From a virus (Duplodnaviria > Caudoviricetes): a DNA stretch of 52,412 nucleotides. This document shows positions 28,194 through 36,861 of this stretch, piece after piece. The notes under the pieces were generated by a model. It had not been told where the DNA came from. It saw nothing but the letters and a program-made list of their open reading frames with translations, and did not search any database. Position 1 is the stretch's first letter, and each line of letters starts with the position of its first letter. The stretch covers positions 1 to 52,412 of IMG/VR virus record IMGVR_UViG_3300025838_000051, one strand, 5' to 3'. Made by a program: the position numbers and the translations under genes.

Positions 28194-28590
28194 TTTGACC
28201 GATGATTTGATCATGGAAGTGATTGAAGATTTGAAGGCCAGAATCAAAACAGGAAAAAAGAAAAAGCCGGTCCAGCCTGTTGAGGATCCTGATGATAGTT
28301 ATACCGCTAACTATTCCGAAGATTACGAATTTAAAATCGTTCCCGACCACGACGATGGTGGTGATGATGAATCGATCTCCAATCCCAGTCATTATAAAGG
28401 ACATGGAGAAATTGATTGCAAGACAGCAATGCAAGCAATGGTCGGCGGGCAAGGGATGGAAATTTTCTGGAGGCTCGCGGCATTGAAATATCTTTGGAGG
28501 TACGACAGGAAAAACGGCAACGCTGACATCAACAAGGCCATCCAGTGCCTGTACAACCTAAAGGAACAATACCTCACCAATAAACGATAG
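28165..28590 (+). CDS. DUF3310 domain protein
   Basis: ISNPSHYKG..EIDC...ALKYLWRY..KNG..DINKA...L. Confidence 0.85.
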   Translation: MSKNSESMNDLTDDLIMEVIEDLKARIKTGKKKKPVQPVEDPDDSYTANYSEDYEFKIVPDHDDGGDDESISNPSHYKGHGEIDCKTAMQAMVGGQGMEIFWRLAALKYLWRYDRKNGNADINKAIQCLYNLKEQYLTNKR

Positions 28591-28598
28591 GGGTAAAT

Positions 28599-29489
28599 AT
28601 GACAACAGTAGGAGACCAACAATTTGAAGTGGAAATGCGTCGCAATCCTCGGGATCAATATGCACGATTGTTGTACGCAGACTGGTTGGAAAGCGAGGGG
28701 CGAAATGAGGACGCCATGTTTATCCGGTGCCTGCATAAGCTCGCCACTGAGAAAGTAAAACGGGTGTCCGACAGGCGTGCGCTCGAGAATCAACTGAGGC
28801 AACTGGCATTGTCTCGACAATTCCGCCCCGGTCCATTTTGGACCAATTGTATTGGGATGAAATTTGCTTGGGTCCAAGATGATCTGCATTATCCTGCGGG
28901 CGGATTCTGGCTGGGAGTATATCCTGTAACTCAAGCCCAGTATTTGAGGGTGAAGAAAAATAACCCCAGTTTTTTTAACAAAGAAGGCGTTGATTTAAAT
29001 GGATATCCTGTTGATGGTGTTCGATGGGGCGATTGCTATGAATTTATTCACTGGCTGGAATTATTGGACAAATATAACAGATATGAATTGCCCACCCCAT
29101 CAGAATGGGTAACAGCCTGTTCCGGAGGAATTCATTGCAGCGACTATTGGTTCAGGGATTATCCGTTCAAATATGCAAATGTTTATACTGGGATACCCCA
29201 TAATAATACAACTCCGGTGGACAAATACCCGGCCAACCCGTTTGGCATCAAAGACATGATTGGAAATGTGTGGGAATGGTGCAAGACAGAGCCTAATGAA
29301 ACAATGTGGCGACCGATTATGGGGCCCAGTTGGGCTTACCCTGCAATGGCTCCAAAAGCACAATTAAACAGGTCGCTAGGTCAAGGTAATTCCGCCAATA
29401 CGCATGTTCTTTCCGCCGACATTGGTTTCCGGATCAAACTGGTAAACATTATCCCTACAGTCGTTGACAAGGATCAAAAGCCTTGCTAA
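28599..29489 (+). CDS. TIGR02996 domain + FGE-sulfatase (SUMF1, C-type-lectin fold) protein
   Basis: NPRDQYARLLYADWLESEG; NCIGMKFAWV, YPVTQAQY, NNPSFF, YELPTPSEW, NPFGIKDMIGNVWEWC, IGFR. Confidence 0.88.
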   Translation: MTTVGDQQFEVEMRRNPRDQYARLLYADWLESEGRNEDAMFIRCLHKLATEKVKRVSDRRALENQLRQLALSRQFRPGPFWTNCIGMKFAWVQDDLHYPAGGFWLGVYPVTQAQYLRVKKNNPSFFNKEGVDLNGYPVDGVRWGDCYEFIHWLELLDKYNRYELPTPSEWVTACSGGIHCSDYWFRDYPFKYANVYTGIPHNNTTPVDKYPANPFGIKDMIGNVWEWCKTEPNETMWRPIMGPSWAYPAMAPKAQLNRSLGQGNSANTHVLSADIGFRIKLVNIIPTVVDKDQKPC

Positions 29490-29524
29490 AACAATAGGAC
29501 CAACTTCAAAGCTGGTCTCCAGCT

Positions 29525-29553
29525 AGGACCGGTGGACACCACGCCACCGGTCC
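29525..29553. terminator. stem-loop between convergent genes
   Basis: AGGACCGGTGG...CCACCGGTCCT 11-bp stem. Confidence 0.6.
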
Positions 29554-29568
29554 TGTGCGTTTGTGCAA

Positions 29569-30342
29569 TCACTTTTTGGATTCGGACAATCGCTTCCAAA
29601 CAAAATCCTGGGCATTATTTCCAAACCGGGCGACTCCGGTAATAGTGGTACCATCAGCCGACACGATACCGACACGTACCTGCGGTTCATAACCGGCAGG
29701 CTTGAAATAGGTCAGTTTGATCTGCAAGACTCCCTGATCGGATAAGGCCCCTGTAAAGGTCCAGTTGACAACGCCATCCTTGCCCTGATACTTGCAGCTT
29801 CCCGTGACATGCCCATCGTCTTTTTGTTTGATATTCAGGGTGATGTTGTTTTCCGTTCCATCGGACCATTCTCCTGTAATGTCAATATTGACCGGCTTGG
29901 CTGCAATCGGGTTTCCTGCTTTGCCAGCAGCTTCGAGAACCAGTATGGTCCGGCCATTGTGCCTGGACGTTCCTGAGACCACAAACTCTTTCAATCCCAA
30001 CACGCTGGGCCATTGGCCGCCGCTGATGAACTTGTCGTCGGTCAGGCCAGCCGTCTTGCATTTCACCAAAGCCGTAGCCGTGGGCCCGTTGGCAATCCGG
30101 GCTTCCTTGAGCTGCACCAGCAAGGTGCTATCGTCAACCACGGACAAAATCTGCAGATCGAGGAAATTGGTTAGCCCCTTGGCACCAACTTTTAGATTGT
30201 CGACAATCAGCTGTCCAGGCGGAGCTTTCATCGCCTCCACGCGGGCTTTCATGTCCGCGATTTCTTTCGCGTTCTGGAACCGTTGTTGAGATGTCACTGA
30301 ACTGGCCAGCAACAGTAGCAGGAACAAGGCAATCGTTCTCAT
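29569..30342 (-). CDS. secreted/periplasmic protein (moron-like)
   Basis: Signal peptide MRTIALFLLLLLASSVTS behind GGAG; C-terminal beta-barrel-like DITGEW...VTGS...FTG. Confidence 0.7.
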   Translation of the reverse strand: MRTIALFLLLLLASSVTSQQRFQNAKEIADMKARVEAMKAPPGQLIVDNLKVGAKGLTNFLDLQILSVVDDSTLLVQLKEARIANGPTATALVKCKTAGLTDDKFISGGQWPSVLGLKEFVVSGTSRHNGRTILVLEAAGKAGNPIAAKPVNIDITGEWSDGTENNITLNIKQKDDGHVTGSCKYQGKDGVVNWTFTGALSDQGVLQIKLTYFKPAGYEPQVRVGIVSADGTTITGVARFGNNAQDFVWKRLSESKK

Positions 30343-30460
30343 AGGATGTCTCCATGCGGGGTAAGGGAATGTAACATGCTTTCCATTTTGTCGAATAATC
30401 ACGGTAACGCTATATTTTTTTTAAAGGTGGGGTAAAATAAGGATAAATGAAAGGGAAATT

Positions 30461-31060
30461 ATGGCCACAAAGAAAACCACATCTGAACCAGCTCCCAAAA
30501 ACCGCAACCTGGGAATCCGTCGCGTCCGCGTAGCGGATATCGAAGACGCCCCTTGGAATTTTCGTACCCATCCTGAAGGGCAGGCAAAGGCCCTGGGCGA
30601 CGTTGTTGATGAACTGGGATGGTATGGCTATCCTGATGTTTACGAAACCGCAGACGGGCTCCTGCGATTGTGTGACGGGCATCTGCGCAAAAAGATCTTG
30701 CTGGACAAGTATGGACTTGAAGCTGAAATTGAAGTGAATATCACCAACTTTGATGAGCATGAAGCGAAAAAGGCGACACTGACCAAGGATCCGCTGGCGG
30801 CCATGGCAGAGGTGGATGCGGAGCAGTTAGACGCCTTGCTTCGCGAGGTGCAAACAGAAAGCGAAGCGATCGGCGGAATGCTGGAGGAAATGGCCAAGTC
30901 TGCGGGCATTGTGCCGGAAGAGGGGCCAGCTGCGGATCAATCCGGGCTGTTGAAAGAAAAATATCAGATCCTCATTGACTGCGAGAGTGAAACACAACAA
31001 GCGGAGCTACTCGAAAGGTTTCAGGGGGAGGGGATCGAATGCCGGTCATTGATGTCGTAA
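30461..31060 (+). CDS. ParB/Srx N-terminal-domain protein
   Basis: PWNFRTHP...ELGW...LCDGHLR; C-terminal YQILIDCESETQQAELLERF..EGIECR. Confidence 0.8.
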   Translation: MATKKTTSEPAPKNRNLGIRRVRVADIEDAPWNFRTHPEGQAKALGDVVDELGWYGYPDVYETADGLLRLCDGHLRKKILLDKYGLEAEIEVNITNFDEHEAKKATLTKDPLAAMAEVDAEQLDALLREVQTESEAIGGMLEEMAKSAGIVPEEGPAADQSGLLKEKYQILIDCESETQQAELLERFQGEGIECRSLMS

Positions 31061-32166
31061 ACAAGGTCGAGGTAACCAAAACGCCGCGATTGATGCAATT
31101 GAACGGGCTGTTTGACGTTGCCATTCCCGCTGTCAGCGAATGCAGTTGGAAAATTGATTTGCCGATTGAAAAGGATGACTGGAACATCGGATTGATAGTT
31201 GGGCCCAGTGGATCAGGCAAGAGCAGTGTTGCCAGGACATTGTTTGCTGATCAATACGCATTAAGCCACGATTGGCCGGCCAACAAATCAATCGTGGACG
31301 GTTTCCCTGCAAGCATGTCGATCAAGGAAATTACGCAACTCCTTTCGTCTGTTGGGTTTTCCAGTCCACCCAGTTGGGTGAGGCCTTATTCTGCCTTGTC
31401 AACAGGGGAGCAGTTTCGCGTGACAGTGGCCAGAGCGTTAGCGGAATGCAGCGATTTGGCGGTTTTGGATGAGTTCACGAGTGTCGTAGACAGGACGGTT
31501 GCCCGGATTGGTTCGGCAGCCGTAGCCAAAGCAGTCCGGATACGCAAGCAAAAATTCATCGCAGTGACCTGCCATTACGATGTGGCTGACTGGCTTCAGC
31601 CGGATTGGATTCTGGAGATGCCAGACGCGGTGTTTACCCGGAGGTTACTTCAACGACGCCCGGCAATTCAACTGGAAATCCGGCGAGTCCATAAAGACAC
31701 TTGGCACAAATTCAAGCGTTATCACTATCTGAGTTCATCAACATCCAGTGCCGCTACCTGTTTTGCTGGCTACGTCGATGGCAATCCTGTTGCTTTTGCG
31801 TCCTGCATGCACGTCGTAAATTCCATGGGCGGAAATTGCGAATTGCGAACGGTCTGCCTGCCGGATTGGCAAGGGATCGGCATTGGCAATGCCATCAGTG
31901 AATTTGTGGCAGGCGTCATGCGTGCGGTTCATAAAAACTATTACAGTGTCACTGGCAATCCAGCCATGATTCGCCATCGTGCCCGCAGTCCCCTTTGGGT
32001 GATGACACGAAAACCAAGCCGAAACACTTCAAAACATAACAGTTGCGAACAGATTAAATTAAACAAATCTGTTGCTTCCGATCGTTTGACCTGTTCCTTC
32101 AAATACGTTGGGCCTCCCCGGATTGATGACGCCAAGCAGCTCGGTTTGCTTTGCGGCAAATCATAG
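31039..32166 (+). CDS. ABC ATPase fused to a GNAT (Mom-like) acyltransferase
   Basis: GPSGSGKS, LSTGEQFR, LDEFTS, TCH; C-terminal FKRYHYL...RTVCLPDWQGIGIG acetyl-CoA motif. Confidence 0.88.
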   Translation: MPVIDVVNKVEVTKTPRLMQLNGLFDVAIPAVSECSWKIDLPIEKDDWNIGLIVGPSGSGKSSVARTLFADQYALSHDWPANKSIVDGFPASMSIKEITQLLSSVGFSSPPSWVRPYSALSTGEQFRVTVARALAECSDLAVLDEFTSVVDRTVARIGSAAVAKAVRIRKQKFIAVTCHYDVADWLQPDWILEMPDAVFTRRLLQRRPAIQLEIRRVHKDTWHKFKRYHYLSSSTSSAATCFAGYVDGNPVAFASCMHVVNSMGGNCELRTVCLPDWQGIGIGNAISEFVAGVMRAVHKNYYSVTGNPAMIRHRARSPLWVMTRKPSRNTSKHNSCEQIKLNKSVASDRLTCSFKYVGPPRIDDAKQLGLLCGKS

Positions 32167-32544
32167 TCGCGATTGATGCTGTTGCAAAAACTCGGAAGGC
32201 GGCATCCAGAGCAATTGCTGTCCACGACAGTAGTACGGTTTGACCGGCCTGACGTTAGCCAAGATCCAGCAACATGGCCCAATCTTGAATGGATTAGCCG
32301 GAACGCTTTCAGCTGGCAGGCAATCAATCAAATCGCAAAGGCCAATAATGGCCCCAAAGACCAGCTGCTCTTTGGGAGGGAACTCGCAAGGCTTATCGTG
32401 CCCGTTGTTGAAGTAAAACAATTTCTGCCCGGCATGAATGGCCAGCGGGCCACGGTAGGGCGTCTTCCATGTGCGGTTCTCAATTCGCTTTTGCCCATGA
32501 ACGATTGCCCAAGCCCACGGTTGCAGGATGGTTAATGCCTTCAC
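32161..32544 (-). CDS. ASCH domain protein
   Basis: KALTILQPWAWAIVHGQKRIENRTW...YRGPLAIHAG...RGQQLLW; GTG start behind GGAGG. Confidence 0.9.
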   Translation of the reverse strand: MKALTILQPWAWAIVHGQKRIENRTWKTPYRGPLAIHAGQKLFYFNNGHDKPCEFPPKEQLVFGAIIGLCDLIDCLPAESVPANPFKIGPCCWILANVRPVKPYYCRGQQLLWMPPSEFLQQHQSRL

Positions 32545-32717
32545 TTTTTCACCTCCTGCTGTAATTGCTCCAATAGTTTGCGCGTGGCGGCAGAAGGTGT
32601 ACGCCTGCCGTATTCCCACTGCTGGTAGGTCCGCAGATGGACGCCAAGCCTTTCGGCCATTTTCAGCTGCGTGAGGTGTAGTTTTTGACGAAGGGCTAAA
32701 ATTTCCGGAGGTTTCAT
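32541..32717 (-). CDS. XRE HTH protein
   Basis: ILALRQKLHLTQLKMAERLGVHLRTYQQWEYGRRTPS. Confidence 0.88.
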   Translation of the reverse strand: MKPPEILALRQKLHLTQLKMAERLGVHLRTYQQWEYGRRTPSAATRKLLEQLQQEVKK

Positions 32718-32841
32718 TTGACACGCTTTCATTTTGGTGATATTAAACTGATGGCACTCGTTAGTCTCCGATGCCAACAGCCCCGCCTGGAGTGCAATCC
32801 GGGCGGGGCATTTTGCTTTTACCTACTGCTGCCAGTCGGCA

Positions 32842-33507
32842 TCAACGATTGCAGCGGGCGCATCCCATCCCGCCCCATTCCACCCGTCCTGGAACATCAA
32901 AGACCTCCCCGCATTCCATGCACTCAGTTAAAGGGCATGGGGGCGGATTAAAGGCTTCTTTTGCCTGTTCCCACCTGTCAAAAACATCGAACTGATAGCC
33001 TTCCGAATAGCCGACAGAAAAAACAAATACCGTTTTGTCCTCAGTATCTAGTCGCAATCGAATTTTTTCTATTTTTCTGGGAGAAAAACCACCGTTGTAA
33101 TTGCCGATCTGAATTTCTTTTTTTTCCAAAACATCACGGATCCGACCTAACCAGGCTGGTATGGTTCCTCCGTCGCTATCCATGACCGTGCTGACAAAAT
33201 TAGATGCTTTAAAGCTTACGGGAGAATCCTCTATTTTTGTTGGAATATCGTGCAACATATCGTATTCTTCACAAATTTCACGAACGCTTAAAAACCTGAT
33301 TTTTCCATCTGACCAAATTGAGCGTCCGTGTTCATTGTGTATTAATTCGGCATCAATAACAAATTCTTCAATTTTAGACAATTCGTCTGATAAGGTTTTA
33401 CCGATTTTATATTCTTTCAAAGTCTTATTCCAGCTGTCAGTCAACAACCTTGCAACTTCTTCGCGGGTTTTAAAAATCCTATTGTAAATTTTGTAATAGG
33501 TAGCCAT
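32842..33507 (-). CDS. hypothetical protein with C-terminal zinc ribbon, low GC
   Basis: CMECG...CARC; AAGGA RBS. Confidence 0.65.
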   Translation of the reverse strand: MATYYKIYNRIFKTREEVARLLTDSWNKTLKEYKIGKTLSDELSKIEEFVIDAELIHNEHGRSIWSDGKIRFLSVREICEEYDMLHDIPTKIEDSPVSFKASNFVSTVMDSDGGTIPAWLGRIRDVLEKKEIQIGNYNGGFSPRKIEKIRLRLDTEDKTVFVFSVGYSEGYQFDVFDRWEQAKEAFNPPPCPLTECMECGEVFDVPGRVEWGGMGCARCNR

Positions 33508-33606
33508 CTGATTCCTTTTCGTAAAAATCGAATTTGTAAAAGTTTTTGATGAGTTCAGCAGTGTTATTAATAAGTGTTAGTTTTGCCCTTGTTTGCTAAC
33601 ACCTGA

Positions 33607-34041
33607 CTAACTCCACGGCAGCAAGCAAGGGATCCGGGCCACTTGCCTCCAGCGGCATCTGCTCCAAAAAACCTGATGCGGTTTGCCGTTCATGAATTCC
33701 CAGGCGATAATTTTCCACTCTTGCCCAGGTGGTGGTTGCGCTGGCAAAAAATCAAACGATGTCGGCGACAGATGCAGGGCGAACGGATTTTGAGACCCAT
33801 CATCAAAAAGCAGCTCAACCGCTTCAGGTAACCCCATATCGGGCCATGGCCCGCGAGACAGGATAACCTCTTTGCCTGTCCGCATTTCCTTGATGACTGC
33901 CCGTTGCGAATCCGGTATCAAAATCCGGATTGCACCGGCATTGATCGAGCAGAAGACCTTGCCTGCCCGGTTGTATTCGCTGTCCCAGTAATTGGACGCA
34001 GCGATTAACGGGCCATCGTTGCTGATTTCAATTAAAGCCAT
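33607..34041 (-). CDS. hypothetical phage protein
   Basis: 144 aa, GGAG RBS. Confidence 0.65.
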   Translation of the reverse strand: MALIEISNDGPLIAASNYWDSEYNRAGKVFCSINAGAIRILIPDSQRAVIKEMRTGKEVILSRGPWPDMGLPEAVELLFDDGSQNPFALHLSPTSFDFLPAQPPPGQEWKIIAWEFMNGKPHQVFWSRCRWRQVARIPCLLPWS

Positions 34042-34070
34042 TGTTTAGTCTCCGAGTTTTACAAGGTGTT

Positions 34071-34940
34071 TTACAATTCAAAATCAACCCGATTCCACTG
34101 CTTACACAGCTTTTCCAGAAATTCCTTTTGTTCGGGTGCCAAGGTTCCATGATTCCATTTGACTGAGCCTGGGCGGTTGTAGCGGTCACCAGTGTGGTAG
34201 TAGGTGAGCCTCTCACGTTTCCCGTTGCCGATATAAATCCTTTTTTCGGCGTCCCTGCTCCAGACCTTTAGGCTATCGCCGGACTGAATGACCCCCTTGA
34301 AAAGTTCGCGAGCCTGAGCCGCGATTTTATCTTTTTCCTCCCACAGCTTGCGGGTTTTTTCTGCTTCTTGGGCTTTGGTCTCGGCTTCAGCCTCTGCCTT
34401 TCGTTTGCGTTCAAATTCGTCTTGTTGGAGCCGATTAAGTTTTTTGAGCAGCATCCGGGTATTTTCGTAGCGATTATCAATCCAGAATTTAGCGTCGGCT
34501 TGTTGCAGGACCCAAGCTGCTGCTTTGGTGTGCTGGACAGGCAGGCCATTTCCTTCCAGCCAGTCAGCCAGCAATGACCAAGCGAATAAATCAAAAGGGT
34601 GATCGGAAAGGTTTTGAATCAGCTCCGATCCAACAGGATCGTTGGATTCAAAATCGGTAGTCCATTTCGGCAGATCCTGCAACAACTCCTGCCGGACTGA
34701 TTCAGCCCAGCTGCATTGTTTTTCGGATCCGATCAGAACAGGCAGATTGTTTTCCGCTGCCCATCGTTGGGCCGCAGAATTTGCGGACGCCTGGCGTTCG
34801 CTTCTGATTTGCTCCAGGCAGGCCGGGCAATGGCCGCTGGACTCCAGCCACTCAACTCGCTTTTGTCGCTCGGACGTTTTGCCGAAAAGCCGTTCCGTGC
34901 CGGCATGGCCGCAGGAATAGTTGATCGTGTATTGAGCCAT
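34071..34940 (-). CDS. zinc-binding phage protein with internal TIGR02996-like motif
   Basis: YSCGH...CPAC; LIGSEKQCSWAESVR; HPFDLFAWSLLADWLEGNG; AKFWIDNR. Confidence 0.7.
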   Translation of the reverse strand: MAQYTINYSCGHAGTERLFGKTSERQKRVEWLESSGHCPACLEQIRSERQASANSAAQRWAAENNLPVLIGSEKQCSWAESVRQELLQDLPKWTTDFESNDPVGSELIQNLSDHPFDLFAWSLLADWLEGNGLPVQHTKAAAWVLQQADAKFWIDNRYENTRMLLKKLNRLQQDEFERKRKAEAEAETKAQEAEKTRKLWEEKDKIAAQARELFKGVIQSGDSLKVWSRDAEKRIYIGNGKRERLTYYHTGDRYNRPGSVKWNHGTLAPEQKEFLEKLCKQWNRVDFEL

Positions 34941-35038
34941 GATACGCAGTCTCCGATTAAGAGGGCCGGGTGCAACCGGCATGGTTAAAGAAGCGGACAA
35001 GAAGCCCGGCCACATGACCGGGGGCGAACTTGGTTGAA

Positions 35039-35503
35039 TTAGTCTTGAACAATTTTAATCATTAGATCTTGCGCAATATCCCAGCGTACCAGGAATTGAG
35101 AAGTCCCTTCATCCATGGGATGGTTCGATTTGTAATAGCGACGGTGAAAACCAAAATTCAGGCGTTCGCTAAGACCTTTTAACTCAGAGCGATAATGCCC
35201 TTTGGCCCGATCGATTAATCTCTGATGCTCGAAATCGTATTCTGGTTGTCCCGATTTTTTTACTCCGATAGGGTCCTTGCTGCCGACGACCCGTAAATAC
35301 TCCAGGTACAACTTATAAGCATCTTTGGCTTTTTGAACAATTTCATGAGTAATTTCAATTTCGGCAACTTTCAATAATAGCCGGCTTAATTTTCGCTCAT
35401 GTTCAGCCATATCGCTATTGCCTTGTTCTTCCAACCAATCCGCATATATAGACCGGACCAAAGGATTGGAGGGTTCTTTTTTTACTAAATCGCCAATATT
35501 CAT
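35039..35503 (-). CDS. TIGR02996-motif protein
   Basis: EPSNPLVRSIYADWLEEQGNSDMAEHER; AGGAG RBS. Confidence 0.75.
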   Translation of the reverse strand: MNIGDLVKKEPSNPLVRSIYADWLEEQGNSDMAEHERKLSRLLLKVAEIEITHEIVQKAKDAYKLYLEYLRVVGSKDPIGVKKSGQPEYDFEHQRLIDRAKGHYRSELKGLSERLNFGFHRRYYKSNHPMDEGTSQFLVRWDIAQDLMIKIVQD

Positions 35504-35534
35504 CCCATTTTCTCCTGTTTAGCCTGTATTCAAT

Positions 35535-35575
35535 GACTACATTTTCAATTTTAACATCATCCCAAATGTCTGCAA
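35535..35575 (-). promoter_or_regulatory. repeated leftward promoter, copy 1
   Basis: Minus strand TTGCAG-16-TAAAAT-TGAAAATGTAGTCA. Confidence 0.6.
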
Positions 35576-35656
35576 GTCTAAAAATCGGGAAATTTAAAAA
35601 AAACTTGGTTTGAAAGAAACCCGGGGCGAAAATGCCCCGGGCGAGGGCGGTTGATG

Positions 35657-36637
35657 TTAGCTGGCCATTGCGATTTGGAGGGCGGCAGCATATGCCTGTT
35701 CCTTCATCCGGCTAGCGGATCCCATCCAGATTGAATTGAGGCGGTTGTCGTCCTTGGCCTCCCGGGTCTTGCCGAAAACCGTCATGGTATGATCGGCATA
35801 TTCCGAGACAGCGTTGTAAGCTGCCCAGATGGACCCGGCCATGCCTTTAATGCGGTTCCGTTCGTTCTCAAAATTCTCGGCGAAGACTTCCAGCAATTTC
35901 TTTTGTTGCTTTTCAGCCCTGTCAGCGACCATTTTGGCAAAATATTCCCCGAGCTGCTTTTCGGTCAGCTGCTTGCGGGCCATTGCCTGAACCTCCCCGC
36001 AAAAGTCATCGACACGCCGAGCAATGATTCCCAGGTTGGTCCTTGCTTCGGAAACCCGACGGTCCAGTGATTCAGTGTGCCAGATGGTTATGCCTTGCGA
36101 ACCGGCTTTGCGTAAAGCAAGGTTTAACGTGTTCTGACATACAACCCGGACGGTAGTTGGGATCATCCGGAGAGCGGAAGTCCCGTCGTGTGAATTGGTG
36201 AGCAAGATATAAGGGTTAATAACATCATCCTTCACTGCCCGGACTTCAGATGGAAGGCGGGCCATCATCCAGACCCGCTTGCCACCTTTCAGGGCCCCGG
36301 CCGTTTCAAACATGGCCAGCTTCTCGCCGACGATTGCGTCCATAAAATCGAACGCCTCCCGATTTTGGAAAGGCCTGTAAAAACCACCCACAACGCCCAA
36401 GCTGGCCCCGGTATCCTGTCGGGAAACCGAATAAGTGGACGGAATAGTAATCAGGCCACCATCATGCGATTTGGTGTAGACATCCTGCAACTGGACCTCC
36501 CAATCCAGCCCGGCCAGCTTAATCGCTTCAGCCGAGGTTTGAGCTTCGGCAACATTGATTCCAAGCCGATGCCAGGGCATTTCGCCGGCGGAAAACATTG
36601 CAGCGCGTCCAGTTGCCATGTCGAGTTCGTGAGCCAT
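35657..36637 (-). CDS. DUF932 family phage/plasmid protein
   Basis: MAHEL...PWHRLG...AGLDWEV...YRPFQNREAFDF...FETAGALKGGKRVW...NSHDG...RVVCQNTL. Confidence 0.9.
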   Translation of the reverse strand: MAHELDMATGRAAMFSAGEMPWHRLGINVAEAQTSAEAIKLAGLDWEVQLQDVYTKSHDGGLITIPSTYSVSRQDTGASLGVVGGFYRPFQNREAFDFMDAIVGEKLAMFETAGALKGGKRVWMMARLPSEVRAVKDDVINPYILLTNSHDGTSALRMIPTTVRVVCQNTLNLALRKAGSQGITIWHTESLDRRVSEARTNLGIIARRVDDFCGEVQAMARKQLTEKQLGEYFAKMVADRAEKQQKKLLEVFAENFENERNRIKGMAGSIWAAYNAVSEYADHTMTVFGKTREAKDDNRLNSIWMGSASRMKEQAYAAALQIAMAS

Positions 36638-36700
36638 GTCCAAGTCTCCTTAAAAGTGATGTTACCGGGTGCAACCGGCCTGTTTATTACTTGTAGTCTT

Positions 36701-36742
36701 TGACTACATTTTCAATCTTAATCGAACACCGGGACGTTACAA
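36701..36742 (-). promoter_or_regulatory. repeated leftward promoter, copy 2
   Basis: Minus strand TTGTAA-16-TAAGAT-TGAAAATGTAGTCA. Confidence 0.6.
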
Positions 36743-36861
36743 GAGCAAAAAGACAAAAAAACGGAAAAAAACCAAAAAAGGTTTGTTTTGCCGAAAAAAC
36801 CAATGGATTGATCCGGCTTCAAACCGGGCAAACGAGGCCGCTATATATTACAAGGTGGAAA

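Noticed and set aside
28599-29560. Complete diversity-generating retroelement
   Set aside because: No reverse transcriptase and no second copy of the 3' region seen in the window.
33925-33938. CCGGATTGCACCGG hairpin similar to the GTGCAA-loop motif
   Set aside because: Inside a coding region, opposite orientation, different loop; probably chance.
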